A stretch of DNA of 64,000 bases from Eledone cirrhosa (taxonomy: Eukaryota). Position 1 is the first letter of the stretch. Every line of letters starts with the position of its first letter. Below are positions 1-13,113 of this stretch, one piece after another. The DNA lies in contig CAXHJY010000045.1 in the NCBI GenBank assembly GCA_964016885.1, positions 9,724 to 73,723 on the forward strand, written 5' to 3'. The position numbers were made by a program, and so were the translations under genes. The notes beneath the pieces are model-generated. The model had not been told where the DNA came from, ran no database searches, and saw only the letters and a program-made list of their open reading frames with translations.

Positions 1-462
1 TATATATAATATATATTATATAATATATATAACATATATTATATAATATATATAATATAATATATATAATATATATATAATATATATTATATAATATATA
101 TAATATATATATATAATATATATATAATATACATTATATAATATATAATATATATATAGTATATATTATATAATATATATTATATAATATATATATTATA
201 TATTATATAATATATATTATATAATATATATATTATATAATATATATAATATATATATATAATATATATATAATATACATTATATAATATATAATATATA
301 TATAGTATATATTATATAATATATATTATATAATATATATAATATATATATATTATATAATATATATAATATATATATAATATATATATAATATACATTA
401 TATAATATATAATATATATATATATATTATATAATATATACATAATATATATATATATATGA
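1..462. repeat. AT-rich microsatellite (TA/TAA/TTA mosaic)
   Basis: Almost pure A/T simple repeat. Confidence 0.97.
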
Positions 463-478
463 TATAGGAACGAGTAGG

Positions 479-574
479 ACCCCGACGCCTGAGCTCAAGC
501 CATTTCGACGGCTAATTCTGGACTAAATGAAAATGTTTATGCTGGTATATGAATAACCGAGCTTCTCAGCGGGT
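479..574 (-). ncRNA. Degenerate type I hammerhead motif (second pLTR copy)
   Basis: Minus strand: ACCCG CTGAGAA G...C GAAA TGG...GCGTC GGGGT; homologous to 3046-3141 but more decayed. Confidence 0.45.
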
Positions 575-1665
575 AATTCCATATATGGTAAAAGTGATTG
601 TCACAAGGATTGGTCAAAGGTTTGTTGTTGAGACACATAATTCTATCATGGCAATTTGTGGAAGGAAGGGGTAGCTGAACCTGCCAGTAGAAGTAAGAGG
701 TAGAGGGAGTGGAGGAAACCCAGTCGTGCGTTGATAGTGCCAATTACATCATGGCAGGGTCAATCAAGTATACTAGGGAGGGGGAGGAAGTCGAAACAAT
801 AAGTAAAACAATATGGAGTAAATATATAGAAGAATACCAAGAATGTTAAAATTATAAAAAACACAATTTCTGGTTACTATTCCCTAACGACAGTCATCAA
901 GTCTCTCACTGGTACTGCTAAACTATAGAAAGGTTTACTAGGTGGGACGGAATTGAAATGAGACCATTTTAAGAGTTGGTAGTAATCAACCGAGTATATC
1001 TTACGGTGACATGTTAACAAGTGGGGGCCAAAATACTAAAGAAACTACCACGAAATAATAATTCAGAGTCCCGAAACTAATACGAAACAATTGGCTCCAC
1101 CACAGGCACAAAGCTAGCAACCACCCAGTGCAAAAAATAAACTAATACGAAATAATAATTCAGAATCCCGAAAAAGAATACTAATACTATCTCTTAGGGT
1201 GCCGCTACGATACAAAAACTCTAGTGCAAACTACATAAGTGCTCGTACGAAGTATATGAAAAATTTGATACAGAAAATGAATTCAAAAAAAAATAAATAC
1301 TGATATACGAGAAATTAAAGCAGAGATACCACTAAGAAATGTAGAAAGCACGGAAATGGGGCAGCCATCGGATAAGAAAGCAAGTATCTGGGGTCTATCA
1401 CATCTGCTATAAAAAGCGTAGTCGGCCAATTCTATCATAGAATAGGGGGTGGGGGTCCTGAGGCTACAAATGACCTAGGGGCTTCCTCGGGTGGACGAGA
1501 AAGTGAAAAAGACGACGAAAAAGAAGGAGGACTGGGGTGGAAGGAGTAGGAAGGGATGGGGGGAAGAAGGAAATATAGAGGAAACGATAAAAAGATATCA
1601 AAAGAAGATCTTACGTTTACCTTTGCAACCAGGGGTTACCCATTACAAAGTCGGCAAGTGGGGTG

Positions 1666-2640
1666 TTACAACCCTTTTCTACCCCCCGGGTCATTATGGG
1701 GTTTGAGGGCGAGGTAAGTCCTACGCAATCTGTGTTTGCATGCAGTAACCATTTCGTCTTTCTTGTTTAGGAGTTGGTCCGTCGAAAACAACATTTGTAA
1801 AGTTTCCTCCGAGCATAAACTGCACGGACGGCGTCCTCCCGTGTAAGAGTTGGCTCTGGACAGTAAGCTCCAAGTGAGATTATAAGTACTATTGTTATCT
1901 TTGAGGTCCCAGATGTGGCCTGAAAGTGTGGTGGCGTTACGCCGGGCCGGGTTTCGGAAAGTGTATCTGTGTCGGTATAGCCGGGTCTTGAAGTCACATG
2001 CGGTTAATTCTATATAAGCTTTGTTGGAGGTGTCCGTCCTCACGCTGCACTGGTAGATCACATTACGATCTCTGCATCTGTTGTCGAGGGGGCAAATGGA
2101 TCCATCAGGACAGTTGCACCTCATGGTCGGCTCTCCACTGCTATTTAGGTTATTTCTTCCATAGGGGTTGAGTTTTTTGTTGTTAGAGGAGACGATGTTT
2201 TGTGCAAAGTTTGGTGTGGTGCTGTAGGAGAGTTTGATGGTATTTTTGTTGATTATATTGTGGTAGCGGTGTTGTAGTGGGAAGTGTTTTTCGATGAGCC
2301 TAAAGAAGATTTTCCCGATAGGAGTTGCAACTCGGCGTTGTGGGGAGGATTGAACCATGTTACATTGCGTAATCGGCGGTGTCACCTGTTGGTTCCGCTG
2401 ATGGAAGCTGGACAGTAGGATATTTCCTCCCGGAAACCACTCCGCTTGAGGGCCTGGTTGTAATAAGGCGCATGTTCCTCGAATATCTGCTCATTAGCGG
2501 ACAAACGAGATATGCGGAGGGAGATGTTTTTAACCAGGTTATTGGTGATGTTCCTAGGATGGTTTGACCGGCGGTGGATGTAATGCAGGTTGTCGTTGGG
2601 TTTCCTGTATGGGTAGTACAGATCATTATCGAGGTCAAGG
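1666..2640 (-). pseudogene. Penelope RT thumb + GIY-YIG endonuclease (one stop, one frameshift)
   Basis: YRKPNDNLHYIHRRSNHP...NVTWFNPP, then a frameshift to VATPIGKIFFRLIEKHFP...CNCPDGSICPLDNRC..VIYQC..YIELTACDFKTRLYRH..TTLSGHIWDLK..CSLCSEE..LLNK..CKH. Confidence 0.9.
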
Positions 2641-3045
2641 GTAACGTCTCATTACAATTCCGTCCCACCTAGTAAACCTTTCTATAGTTTAGCAGTACCA
2701 GTGAGAGACTTGATGACTGTCGTTAGGGAATAGTAACCAGAAATTGTTTTTTTTAAATAATTTTAACATTCTTGGTATTCTTCTATATATTTACTCCATA
2801 TTGTTTTACTTATTGTTTCGACTTCCTCTCCCTCCCTCTCCCTAGTATACTTGATTGACCCTGCCCTGCTGTAGTTGGCACTATCAACGCACGACTGGGT
2901 TTCCTCCACTCCCTCTCTCTCTCTTTCTTCTACTGGCAGGTTCAGCTACCCCTTCCTTCCACAAATTGCCATGATAGAATTATGTGTCTCAACAACAAAC
3001 TTTTGACCAATCCTTGTGACAATCACTTTTACCATATATGGAATT

Positions 3046-3141
3046 AACCCCTGATAAGCTCAGCTATTCATATACCAAGATAAAAATGTCCACTTAGTCC
3101 AGAATTAGCCGTCGAAACGGATTGACCTCAGCCGTCGGGGT
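3046..3141 (+). ncRNA. Type I hammerhead-like motif in Penelope pLTR
   Basis: CCC-CTGATAA(3051-57)-long stem II-C GAAA(3114-17) CGG...CCG TC(3136) GGG; stem III ACGG/CCGT; core deviates (A at G8). Confidence 0.6.
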
Positions 3142-3235
3142 CCTACTCATTCATATTACCCACTCTACTACCCAAAGTATTGAGTACTTTGGTGCGTTGT
3201 GGTCCACCTGGTTGCTTACCACATTTCCTTCGTTA

Positions 3236-3572
<337 letters not shown>

Positions 3573-3578
3573 CATGTA

Positions 3579-3918
3579 GGAGGCACATGGCTTAGTGGTT
3601 AGATCATTGGCCTTGCAATCGAAAGGTTGTGAGTTCAATTCTCAGACCGGGTGATGTGTTGTTTCCTTGAGCAAGACACTTTATTTCACATTGCTCCAGT
3701 TTACTCAGCTGTAGAAATGAGACGATAGGACTGGGGTCCATATCATTCCACTGCAAAGTGGTTGTGGTGGTGCCACGGCAAAAAAGCACCCACCACTCAC
3801 TGTAAATGAGGTTGGTGTTAGGAAGGGCATCCAGCTGTATAAATCAAGCCAGAATCAGTTCCCGTCACACCCTTGCAAGCAGGGAAAAGTGGACGTAAAA
3901 TGAAATGATGATGATGAT
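3579..3918 (+). mobile_element. tRNA-derived CORE-type SINE with RTE-derived tail
   Basis: A box TGGCTTAGTGG; B box GAGTTCAATTC; CORE-like CCTTGAGCAAGACACTT..CTCAGCTGTAGAAATG; tail GTTGGTGTTAGGAAGGGCATCCAGC shared with the RTE 3' UTR; (GAT)n end; near-identical copies at 28928 and 43365. Confidence 0.88.
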
Positions 3919-3929
3919 ATATATATATA

Positions 3930-4103
3930 ATTGTTTCTACTTTAGGCACAAGGCCAGCAATTACCCAGTTCATTACTGGTACTTTATTTTATCGACCCCG
4001 TAAGGATGAAAGGCAAAGTTAACCAGAGGGATTTGAACTCAAACCGTAAAGGGACGTAACTATGCTAGAAAGCATGGCGTCCAACCCTCTCCCGATACTG
4101 CCA
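3930..4103 (-). mobile_element. tRNA-derived SINE with Nin/Deu-like central domain
   Basis: Minus strand: TGGCAGTATCGG..GAGTTCAAATCC..TTTGCCTTTCATCCTTACGGGGTCGATAAAATAAAGTACCAG; copies at 37243, 40610, 7077, 12478. Confidence 0.8.
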
Positions 4104-4124
4104 AATATATAATATATATATATA

Positions 4125-5011
4125 TAGTGTGGTGCAGATAAATCCAGATTTTTTTATGTGGCAACTGTGCTGAAATGAGACAGCATAGAGATGTTTCGAG
4201 AGCAGCATTATACAGTTATAAAGTACTACACCTCAGTAGCTGTCTGCCCATTGATGGAAAAGGTGCTCAGTAATCTACATGTCTTCACAATATGATTGTC
4301 GAGCAGCTGTTGTGGAGAGCCTTCACTTTGGCCTCAAAGCAAAAAAATTATTGAAATGTTTAAATACTCTAAAACCATGGTCTATGAACTTGCAAATGCA
4401 TATGGGACATAAGATGACAAAGATAACTTCAGTCCAGAATATTAAACTCATGAAAAGCATTCTGGTGCAACCAGGATGCCTGAGTCCATCTGTGATAGTT
4501 TTTTCCTTGGTGCCAACAGTTATATAAGCCTCCTGAACAAGCACATCAAGCCCTGGATTGATAGGGTGGCTAATGGGAGGTTCTATATCTTTCAAAAGGA
4601 CTCTGCCCTTGCCTACAAGGCCAGGACCACCCAGACATGTTTCTTTGCCAATGTTCCATACCACTGGTGATCCAAATTATGGCCCCTCTTATTGCTAGAC
4701 TGTAATCCTCTTAACAATTTTGTGTGGAGAATTTTGGCGAGTGAAGTCAACAGCAGCCCCTACAACACCAAGGAGGCTATCAGGCATGGCATGGCCAACT
4801 TGGAATGTGACACCATCGCCAAAACCTGCTTTAGCTCCCAGTCCTACCTGTAGAAGGTGGTGGCCGCTGATTGTGGCCACATTGAGTGATATTTGTTCCT
4901 TATATATGTGGCTGTTTGTCTATAAAGTTTCAATGAAATATATTCATTTGTTATATAAAAAACAATTTTTAGTATCCATAATTTTTTTCCAGATTTATCT
5001 GTGCCACACTG
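4125..5011 (+). mobile_element. Internally deleted Tc1/mariner (DD37D/maT-type) transposon relic
   Basis: TIRs (T)AGTGTGGTGCAGATAAATCCAGA / CCAGATTTATCTGTGCCACACTG; TA flanks; decayed FQKDSALAYKARTTQ...WPLLLLDCNPLNNFVW with 37 residues between the second and third catalytic positions. Confidence 0.85.
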
Positions 5012-5087
<76 letters not shown>

Positions 5088-5209
5088 CAGGTGCACATAC
5101 ACACACATATATACACACATACACATAAATGCTGTCATCATCATTTTACATCTGTTTTCCATGCTGTCGTAGGTTGGATATTTATATATCTTATATATAT
5201 ATATATGAT

Positions 5210-5347
<138 letters not shown>

Positions 5348-6705
5348 ATACATATATAATCTATAGTATACATAAACATAATACACCCTAAATTCTTCCA
5401 TTCTCTTTCAACTTCTTTTTCTCTTCACATTTTGCATCTATCTTAATACATTTATATATTTACCCTACCTGCCCCCAACATTCTATTTTCTATCTACTTA
5501 TTCATTTGTTTATCCTTATATATGTGTGTGTGTGTGTGTAAATAATTCTTAGGTTAATTATTAATTAGAATATTTCTGTATGTTATATCTTTTAAACTTG
5601 ATCTACCATCACACGTGCTGCCGATTGTCATAGTTCCACTATAATTAATTTTTGACATCTCTTTTCATCTCTATCTCATAAAAGGATACTGCACATTCAG
5701 CAGGATAGCAAAGGAGATCAGAATAACTAAACAACTAGATACATAAATAATTAAATACATCTGTTTCTTTGTCTATCTATCTATTTGCCAGTTTGTTTCT
5801 CTCTGTCAATTTGCCTGGCTGTTTCTTGACTTTTTGGCCTCCTCATTTGAATGAAGTGATAATAAGAACATACTGTTGGCACATTTTGCAGTAGACAGCA
5901 AAGGATCAGAGAAATTATGCCCTGACCAATAAAATCATAACTGGCAGATTTTAAAGTTTTAACAGTAACTTCTGGTAACTTTCTTAGACAATTTCATGTG
6001 TGCTGTATCATTGTGTTTATCTTTATTTTTGCATGTTGTTAACTATGAATGTTTTATTAATAGCTAAATACGAACCACAGATCAATACATAGATACATAA
6101 CACATAAAATAATATATTAAATTACTAGGAATTAAGTGAAAAACATTGTTAAATTTGGTGATGATAATATTGTTATTTATATTAGTAGTCCTAGAACCAT
6201 GAGAACATCAGATAGGATGATTTTCTCTGTTCTCTGTGTTTAAATTCCAATGAAGTCAACTCTGTCATTAACCCTATTGAGATTGTGAGAACAATTACTA
6301 GTTCAGTACTGGACTTGAGCTTTCTTCTATAATTCTATCTTATTCACTCACTTTCTCTCCTTCTCTGGAAGAAACCAGCTATGTTCCGACATGGAGTTTG
6401 AATGAGTTCCATCACGTTTATGGTGCTTTAGACATAACATATGTCAGGATGGTTCTACTACCAATTCATGAAGAGTTATGGGTCCACATCAGTAATTCCT
6501 ATGATCATTTTGTGTCTATTGCAAAACACGAACGTATACTTCTAGTAGCATTTCATTCAGATGACAATCTCTGAAGTTATGTGCTTCTCTTCTGAGTAAT
6601 TCTATAGGAATTACTTATAAAACATATCTCTTAGTAGCAGTTATAGTGTTCCATATCATCTCCTTGGGGCCATTTTCATGGTAGGAATTGTATATCTCTT
6701 GTTAA

Positions 6706-6925
6706 CCCTTTAGCATTTACATTACTCTATATATACTATTGTTTTTTCACAGTAAATGATTTATCTTGCATAATACCACACATAATATCGAATCTATGAG
6801 ATTTTGATATTGTTTAATTTGAGAACAATAACTTAACATCAGTATGAGTGGCCAGTTTGAACAGAAAGAGGTGAGAGAATTCTGGCTGAATACAGCTGAA
6901 TACATTCTGGCTGTATGCAAAAGAG
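6706..6925 (+). mobile_element. piggyBac-type MITE
   Basis: TTAA-CCCTTTAGCAT...ATGCAAAAGAG-TTAA; homologous copies at 28912 and 43343. Confidence 0.75.
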
Positions 6926-7076
6926 TTAAATCATGTATTTGACAGTCTATGAATATGAGGAATATGTGTGGAGATATAAGTGTAAATTTGTCTGAAAATA
7001 TTATACATCACTAATTTATTGACCAAGATTTTACTGGGAATGTTTATAAATATTTCATTCTTTATATTTGTTTAGA

Positions 7077-7193
7077 GGGCAAATTGGCAGAATCATTAGA
7101 CCATGGGATTAAATGCCTTAGTTCTACCTTTCTGTAATCATGCCAAGGTCAACTTTGCCTTTCATTCTTCCAGGTTTGATAAATAATGTACCA
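7077..7193 (+). mobile_element. Nin/Deu-like SINE fragment
   Basis: TGGCAGAATCATTAGA..GTCAACTTTGCCTTTCATTCTT..GATAAATAATGTACC. Confidence 0.6.
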
Positions 7194-8539
7194 CCCACAA
7201 GGCTAGTGGATTTGCAGAATTGTTAATGAGTTAAGTGTATGCTTTGATTTAGCTCTGTGGGTCCCGAGTACAAATTGCTTCATGTTCTGTCAGTGGTTAC
7301 CACCAGCAAACAGTGTCAGCAATGGTAAGACTAATGGAAACACAGTTTTCTTGGTTTAATCTGATAATTGTTCCTATAATTTAAAGCCATGGTAGTTCCA
7401 ACATGTCTAAATCTTTTCTACTTTTATTAAATCTTCTTTTGCAGATCTTTTGTTTTAGTTTATCATTTCATGGTAATGCTGAGTTTATCAATGACCTCTC
7501 CATGTGTTTGAAGCTGATGTGTCAGGGAATTTCTGGAAGTTACTTCAGACACTTTGCAGCCATACTGAAGATGGCTGATGAGTGATATTGTATGCAAAAT
7601 ATATCCAGGTGATCTTTAAATTTCTGATGATAAGTTACTTTCAGAGCATCTAAAGAAAAATTCCTTTATGTAATACATTGTCCTGCAACAGTTGACAGCT
7701 GATGAAAGGAATGATGTTTAAGCAGATATTTCAGGTCTTTCATCAATCCTATGGGGAGTGTCAAAATCTGATACTTTACGTTCCAGAACCTTCTATATAA
7801 ATATATCAATGCTTGTCCCATGTCACATTGCAGTACTTTCTCTATATTTTGATTCAAGGGGAAAATATTTGATATATTTGTAGATATATTATTCAATATC
7901 TCTTATGGAATAAACAAGTGTGCATGCTCTCAAATGTCTATATAGAAACACACACACACGCATATATATATTTGCATCATCATCATCATCTTCCTTTACC
8001 GTCCATCTTCCACGCTAGCATGGGTATGCGTGTTTAAAATACCATAGTATGTAAAACATTCAAACATTAACTAATTGAGTATTCAATAATAGTGGTTAGA
8101 GTGTAGAAATTTATTTTCTAATTAACAACATAGCAGTGACTTCGAAGTGTCAGTTTTGTTGCTTCATATATATATGTAATATATATAATACAGCACAACC
8201 TCACTGGAGTTGAGAGTCCGTTGAGTGAGACACGGATCCTTATGTATGGTTTACTAATTTGTTGTGGAACAAATTCATATGGACTGAGTGCTCTACTTAC
8301 TACAGATACAACCTCCTGGTGTTTTACCACTATATATTATCATCACCACCACTTTTTTACGTCCATTCTTCCACACTAGCAAGGGGCGAATTGTCCTGTT
8401 GTGGGCAATTCCAGGTCAGATGACCATTTCTTGCTCATACAGAACTGATTTTGGCTTGATTTCTACAGCTGTATGCCCTTCCTAATACCAACCCCATTTA
8501 CAATGAGTACAGGATGCTTTTTACCATGGCACCTATGTA

Positions 8540-9295
8540 TTGTTATAATATATTTCAGCATAGTTACTTGCTACCTAAATTTTCAAAGCTTACTCTAGCT
8601 TATGTCATAGATTCACTATATATACTAGTGCTGCATATCTTTCAGGCAAGTATAAGATGGCTGATATTATTTCATACCATCTTCCTATGCACTCCCATTA
8701 ACAATCAACAATGCCAAATATCTGTTCATGGCTTTTTAGGTAGCTTTTATGTCCGGCTGCAGATTTATACTGTCTGTAGCAAATGTGACACTATATGTGC
8801 CCTTTTCAAGGTCGACAAAACAAGAATATATTTTGGCAATATTCCCACAAGGCATATGACAGAAAATAAACATGAACAAACACTATATTAGCTAATAATT
8901 ATGAGAGGGCTAGAAAGAATTGATAGATTAAGAAATATTTAAATCAATATTTAGTATGTCAATTCTTTAAAAAGTACTTAGAAACATGAGAACATTGCAA
9001 GAAGAACTCTGTACATATGTTAAGTACCTTGTTATTGTTGTGGAGATTATTTAATATCTACTATTTCTCATAATTGTATAATCTGCAGGGCTTGGGCCCA
9101 TTTTATATATGGTTGAGATTTTTCTAGCATCTTCCATTTGATGGAGAAGTCTAAGCTCTTGTCTTTGAGTTGCGATATTTTATTTGCCAAATTTGTGGTG
9201 TTTCTTTTATTTAGTTATCTGAAAGTCATTTCATCATTAAGAAAGTGATTTTTGAGCCAGCTATCTGATATACCAACGTATTTCTAGGTTTCCAG
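8540..9295 (-). mobile_element. Old Penelope-like relic (GIY-YIG C-terminus + 3' pLTR)
   Basis: Minus frame KYVGISDSWLKNHF..TFR*LNKRNTTNLANKISQLKDKSLDFSIKWKMLEKSQPY resembles the GIY-YIG C-half of the other two Penelopes; hammerhead-like motif downstream. Confidence 0.65.
8565..8652 (-). ncRNA. Degenerate type I hammerhead motif
   Basis: Minus strand: TACTTGC CTGAAAGA ... TTT GAAA ATTTAG GTA GCAAGTA; perfect 7-bp stem I; stems II and III decayed. Confidence 0.5.
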
Positions 9296-9343
9296 AGACT
9301 CTCTCGCTCTTTCTCTCTATATATATATGTATGTGTGTGTGTG

Positions 9344-9546
9344 TGGAATGATGAAAAAACAGTTGCAAATAGGTAGTTCATTAGTTCATCATCACTAGCT
9401 GGTAGTGGTTGTGTTGCTACTTATTTCTAGTCTTGAAATCCATGCTAGTCGTTATATCGATTTACCATGATCAATCAACCCTTTGAAATGATCGTACAAC
9501 AATGAACTAATTAACAACCTATCTTTCACTTTTATTTTCATTGTCC
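9344..9546. repeat. Imperfect inverted repeat (about 50-bp arms)
   Basis: ATAGGTAGTTCATTAGTTCAT versus ATGAACTAATTAACAACCTAT, extending outward. Confidence 0.65.
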
Positions 9547-9730
9547 AATACACACACATTTATAAATGACTCTGTAGCTTGTGCAGAATCTTCAAGGAAA
9601 CATTATGCAATGAGCATCTTTCACAGAAACTATAGCACTCACCACTTAATCTCGATGAAACCATATCTTCAACAGCACATTTAGTTCTAACAACGTTATC
9701 GACCCCCCACTATAAACAGCTAAACAACAT

Positions 9731-9781
<51 letters not shown>

Positions 9782-9782
9782 T

Positions 9783-9813
<31 letters not shown>

Positions 9814-10256
9814 AGCGATGGCTCTTTAGATGACAAGTAATGTCCCTGTTATAAGCTGTAAAGTGGTTGGTCATAAAGAGGGTAGCCATATATAGAAATC
9901 CTGCTAAGTAAAGCATTTGGAAGACCTTATAGTTGTATCAAAGACATAACAACCTCTGTCGTGCTAATACTTTGGAAAATTGCTCTTGGTAGAGCATGGA
10001 GCCATTTGTAAAGAAAATGCTAGCCACAGGCCTGTCTGAGCATTTTGGAGTTTGCGAGAATGTATGAAAATGGGATGCAGGCTCCAAGCCTATCAGAGCG
10101 GTTAATAAATTCACTTGAGTAATCTGGTCTGTTGACAACCCCATCCCGCTTTTGCTAGGAGGGAAAACAGATGTTAAATAAAAATGATGATATCTATGTG
10201 TTTGTATATATATATATATCATCATCAGTGTTTACACATATATATATATATATATA

Positions 10257-10720
10257 TCTCCAAGACAATGTCACTGGACCGAGACCTTTGGCGGTACTCA
10301 GTAACAGAGAAGACCCGCCTTACCTAAATATATAGTAAAACCTACTCCAGCCAGTAGGCATCTCTAACAAAATACACCCCGTCCCACCACCACCACCCCC
10401 ACCCCATCCACACCACCCAGTTCTATGTAAAGTTATGTTGGTGCCGCGCCATCCAGGCCGAAACAAATGAGATCGTGTAGGTGTCACGACAAAAAAAACA
10501 CACAGTCCACGCTGTAATGTGGCCGTGTAGGCAACACGGTAAAAACCTCCCAGACCCACACTGTAAATGTGGTTGGTGTTAGGAAGGGCATCCAATGTAG
10601 AAAACCTGCCAGACAGTCCTATGCGAGCAAGACAATCACTCTTGCCTCAAGTGGGACTACCCCCGTCCAAACCCATGCAAGCGTGGAACACGGACGTTAA
10701 ACGTTGATGATGATGATGAT
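10257..10720 (+). mobile_element. RTE family A 3' end fragment (ORF end + 3' UTR + (GAT)n)
   Basis: High identity to 16180-16633. Confidence 0.88.
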
Positions 10721-11200
10721 GGCAGCGAATTTTAAGAGTCTTTGTAATAGTAATTCCCATTCTTTGCACTCTGGTCTAAAATTGCACCAAAGTCTTTCTC
10801 TTGTACACTCAAAATCGATTAATCCATTCTCCCTTTATATATTTCTCCCTTCCTTTCTCTCACTCTCTCTCTCCTTCTCTGCAAGAGATCTTTTGTGTTC
10901 AGACTTAAAATACAAATGCCTAAGAGACAATGTATGTCAATACAGTGCACCTTCAACTCCATCAGAATTCATGGGAAAAGCAGAAAGTCAACAAGGAGAC
11001 GAAATTGATATATATATATATATATAAATAAATAAATATGGATCAATGAAGAAGGGCTGACTTATAACCAATTGCAATCATGTAATCTAGTCAGACCATG
11101 AAACCTAATGCTGCATAATGCTTTTCATGTGTATGATTTGTAATATATATATATATGTGTATATATCTCATCACTGTTAATTTAATGACTGCTTTCCCTG

Positions 11201-11239
<39 letters not shown>

Positions 11240-12477
11240 TAATATAAAGAGAGGGGCGGGGCGGAGATAGGTGAATATATTGAATATACAAAATTATAAA
11301 TCACTGTACACCTGAAATATATTTGTGAAGTGTTTATTTGGTGTATGTGTGTGAATATGTGGTGTGTTTGTGTATGTGTATTTGTGTGTACTTGGGGACG
11401 TATGTATGGTGGTCATTATAAAATTAACCAAGTTACTGTCATCTAATTATATATTACTCAGTTTCCATCCCATCATTTGTATGTCTATATATCAAGGTAT
11501 ACTCTAGAGAGTTTGTATCTGTCTGCAAATCAATAACTATTTACAGAGACGACAGAGACACCACATAGATTCTTCAATTTCGAAAAACTAGATTCAATAC
11601 TCAAGAGATTCCATTTATTTAAGTTTGTTTCAAATGAAAGATTATTCATAATTGATCAGATTTCCAAGAATCTTAGGTCATTCTTAAGTAGTTCAGACAG
11701 TGAAACTTGTCTCAGAGAAATTCTTCTGGCTTTCTCTTCATCATTTTGTCTTTTATCTTATTTTATATTCACTTTTGAAAAATACTCAAGTAAATATATT
11801 AATTTTTTAAATAAAGCACACTGAGCTCAATCTCTATCATTCCATCTCCTTCTCTCTCACTATCACCTTCTACCTCTGTCTGTCTCACACACATTTTGCC
11901 TTTGTCTTTGTCTTTCTCTTTCCTCTCCTTCATTTCTTCTTTTCCTGTCTCTCTACCCCGTCCCCCTGTCTCTCTGTTACTGTAGATAGTTAACCTGTTT
12001 TAAACCCCCCGCCCCTCTCTCTCTCTCTCCTCCACTTCAGCCTTCTTCCTTCTAATTATAGTTTTTGAAAATATATTTACATTTTTATTTCAGTTATGAA
12101 TACATAAGGAGCTTGTAAACTTATTTTTATATGAAGGAGTAACATGTAGTAAGTAATGTTCTGTTTCATTATTACTGGTTTCAGGACGAGGGCTATTCTG
12201 GAGCACTACCTACAAGGCAATAATCTAAACTAATGCACAGGTATATGATACCTAGTGCAAGAATATGTGGAAGTGAACAGTGGGCTCCTGGGCTGTCTGA
12301 GAACTCAGTAGTTTTCAGGAATGTATGTAAGCAAGAAGCAGCCCCACCCCACCCTCACCCAGCCGAACTTAGAGGTCAGAAGCCTTGATTTTGTACTTGA
12401 CATGGTCTCGAAACACCAGTTTAACATTGTTAGGAGGAAAAACACGTTTAATGATGAAGATGGTGATGATGACGAGA

Positions 12478-12610
12478 AGGGCGATGATTGGCAGAACCAT
12501 TAGAGCATTGGAAAATTGTTTTGGGGTATTTCTTCTTATACTTTATGTTCTAAGTTCAAATCCCACCAAAAGAAAATTTGTCTTTTATCCCTCTGTGATC
12601 AATAAAATAA
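12478..12610 (+). mobile_element. Nin/Deu-like SINE, degenerate
   Basis: TGGCAGAACCATTAGAGCA..AAGTTCAAATCCCACC..TTTGTCTTTTATCCCT..GATCAATAAAATAA. Confidence 0.6.
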
Positions 12611-12961
12611 TGGCCATGTGCTGGGGGGAACTGTTCAACCCATACCTGTATGGAAAAGTGGATGTTAAATGATGATGATATTGATGGGTTTGTTGTTGGT
12701 TAATAAGGTGATTCTGGCATGGGATTAGCAACTGCTTGTAATGTATGTTTTTTGTGGGTTTCTTTGCATTGCAAACTAAGCAGACTTTGTGGAGCTCATG
12801 TTTGATTTCTCCTATTTGAATGGATGTCACTTGAATGGTTTGGCACTTTCTGGGTGAAAATGCACCATAAAGGCAAGCTGTCACAAGGATTTTAAGTTAA
12901 CATGTACACAATAATATACAGATATATGTAAGAAAGTTATACATACACACACATGTATGTA

Positions 12962-13074
12962 AAGGATGGCCTAAAATTCACTAGACCATTTAAAAATATA
13001 TTTTTACAACTAATTTTTATTAAATGAAATGATTATATATTTTGAAATGGTCTAGTGACTTTTGAGCTAGCCTG
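12962..13074. mobile_element. Small Tc1/mariner-type MITE (about 40-bp TIRs)
   Basis: AAAATTCACTAGACCATTTAAAAATATA / TATATTTTGAAATGGTCTAGTGACTTTT..CCTG. Confidence 0.7.
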
Positions 13075-13075
13075 A

Positions 13076-13113
<38 letters not shown>

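Larger units (their letters stand above)
463..3235 (-). mobile_element. 5'-truncated Penelope-like retroelement with inverted pseudo-LTR, flanked by (TA)n
   Basis: Minus-strand RT C-terminus plus GIY-YIG. About 470-965 is the reverse complement of about 2645-3150. Hammerhead-like motif in both arms. TA tracts on both sides. Confidence 0.9.

Noticed and set aside
2383-2388. In-frame TGA in the Penelope ORF as a possible selenocysteine codon
   Set aside because: It sits in an Arg-rich linker (NR*HRR), best explained by CGA>TGA decay; conserved Cys positions use normal codons and the copy is also frameshifted
3579-3660. tRNA gene
   Set aside because: A and B boxes are present, but it continues into SINE core and tail and recurs as dispersed copies
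7400-7900. Host exon or short ORFs
   Set aside because: Stops in the plausible frames; at most a faint resemblance to a decayed LINE RT C-terminus
11500-11740. Fourth Penelope endonuclease relic
   Set aside because: Only a hint (ETCLREILL); not enough motif conservation to call by eye
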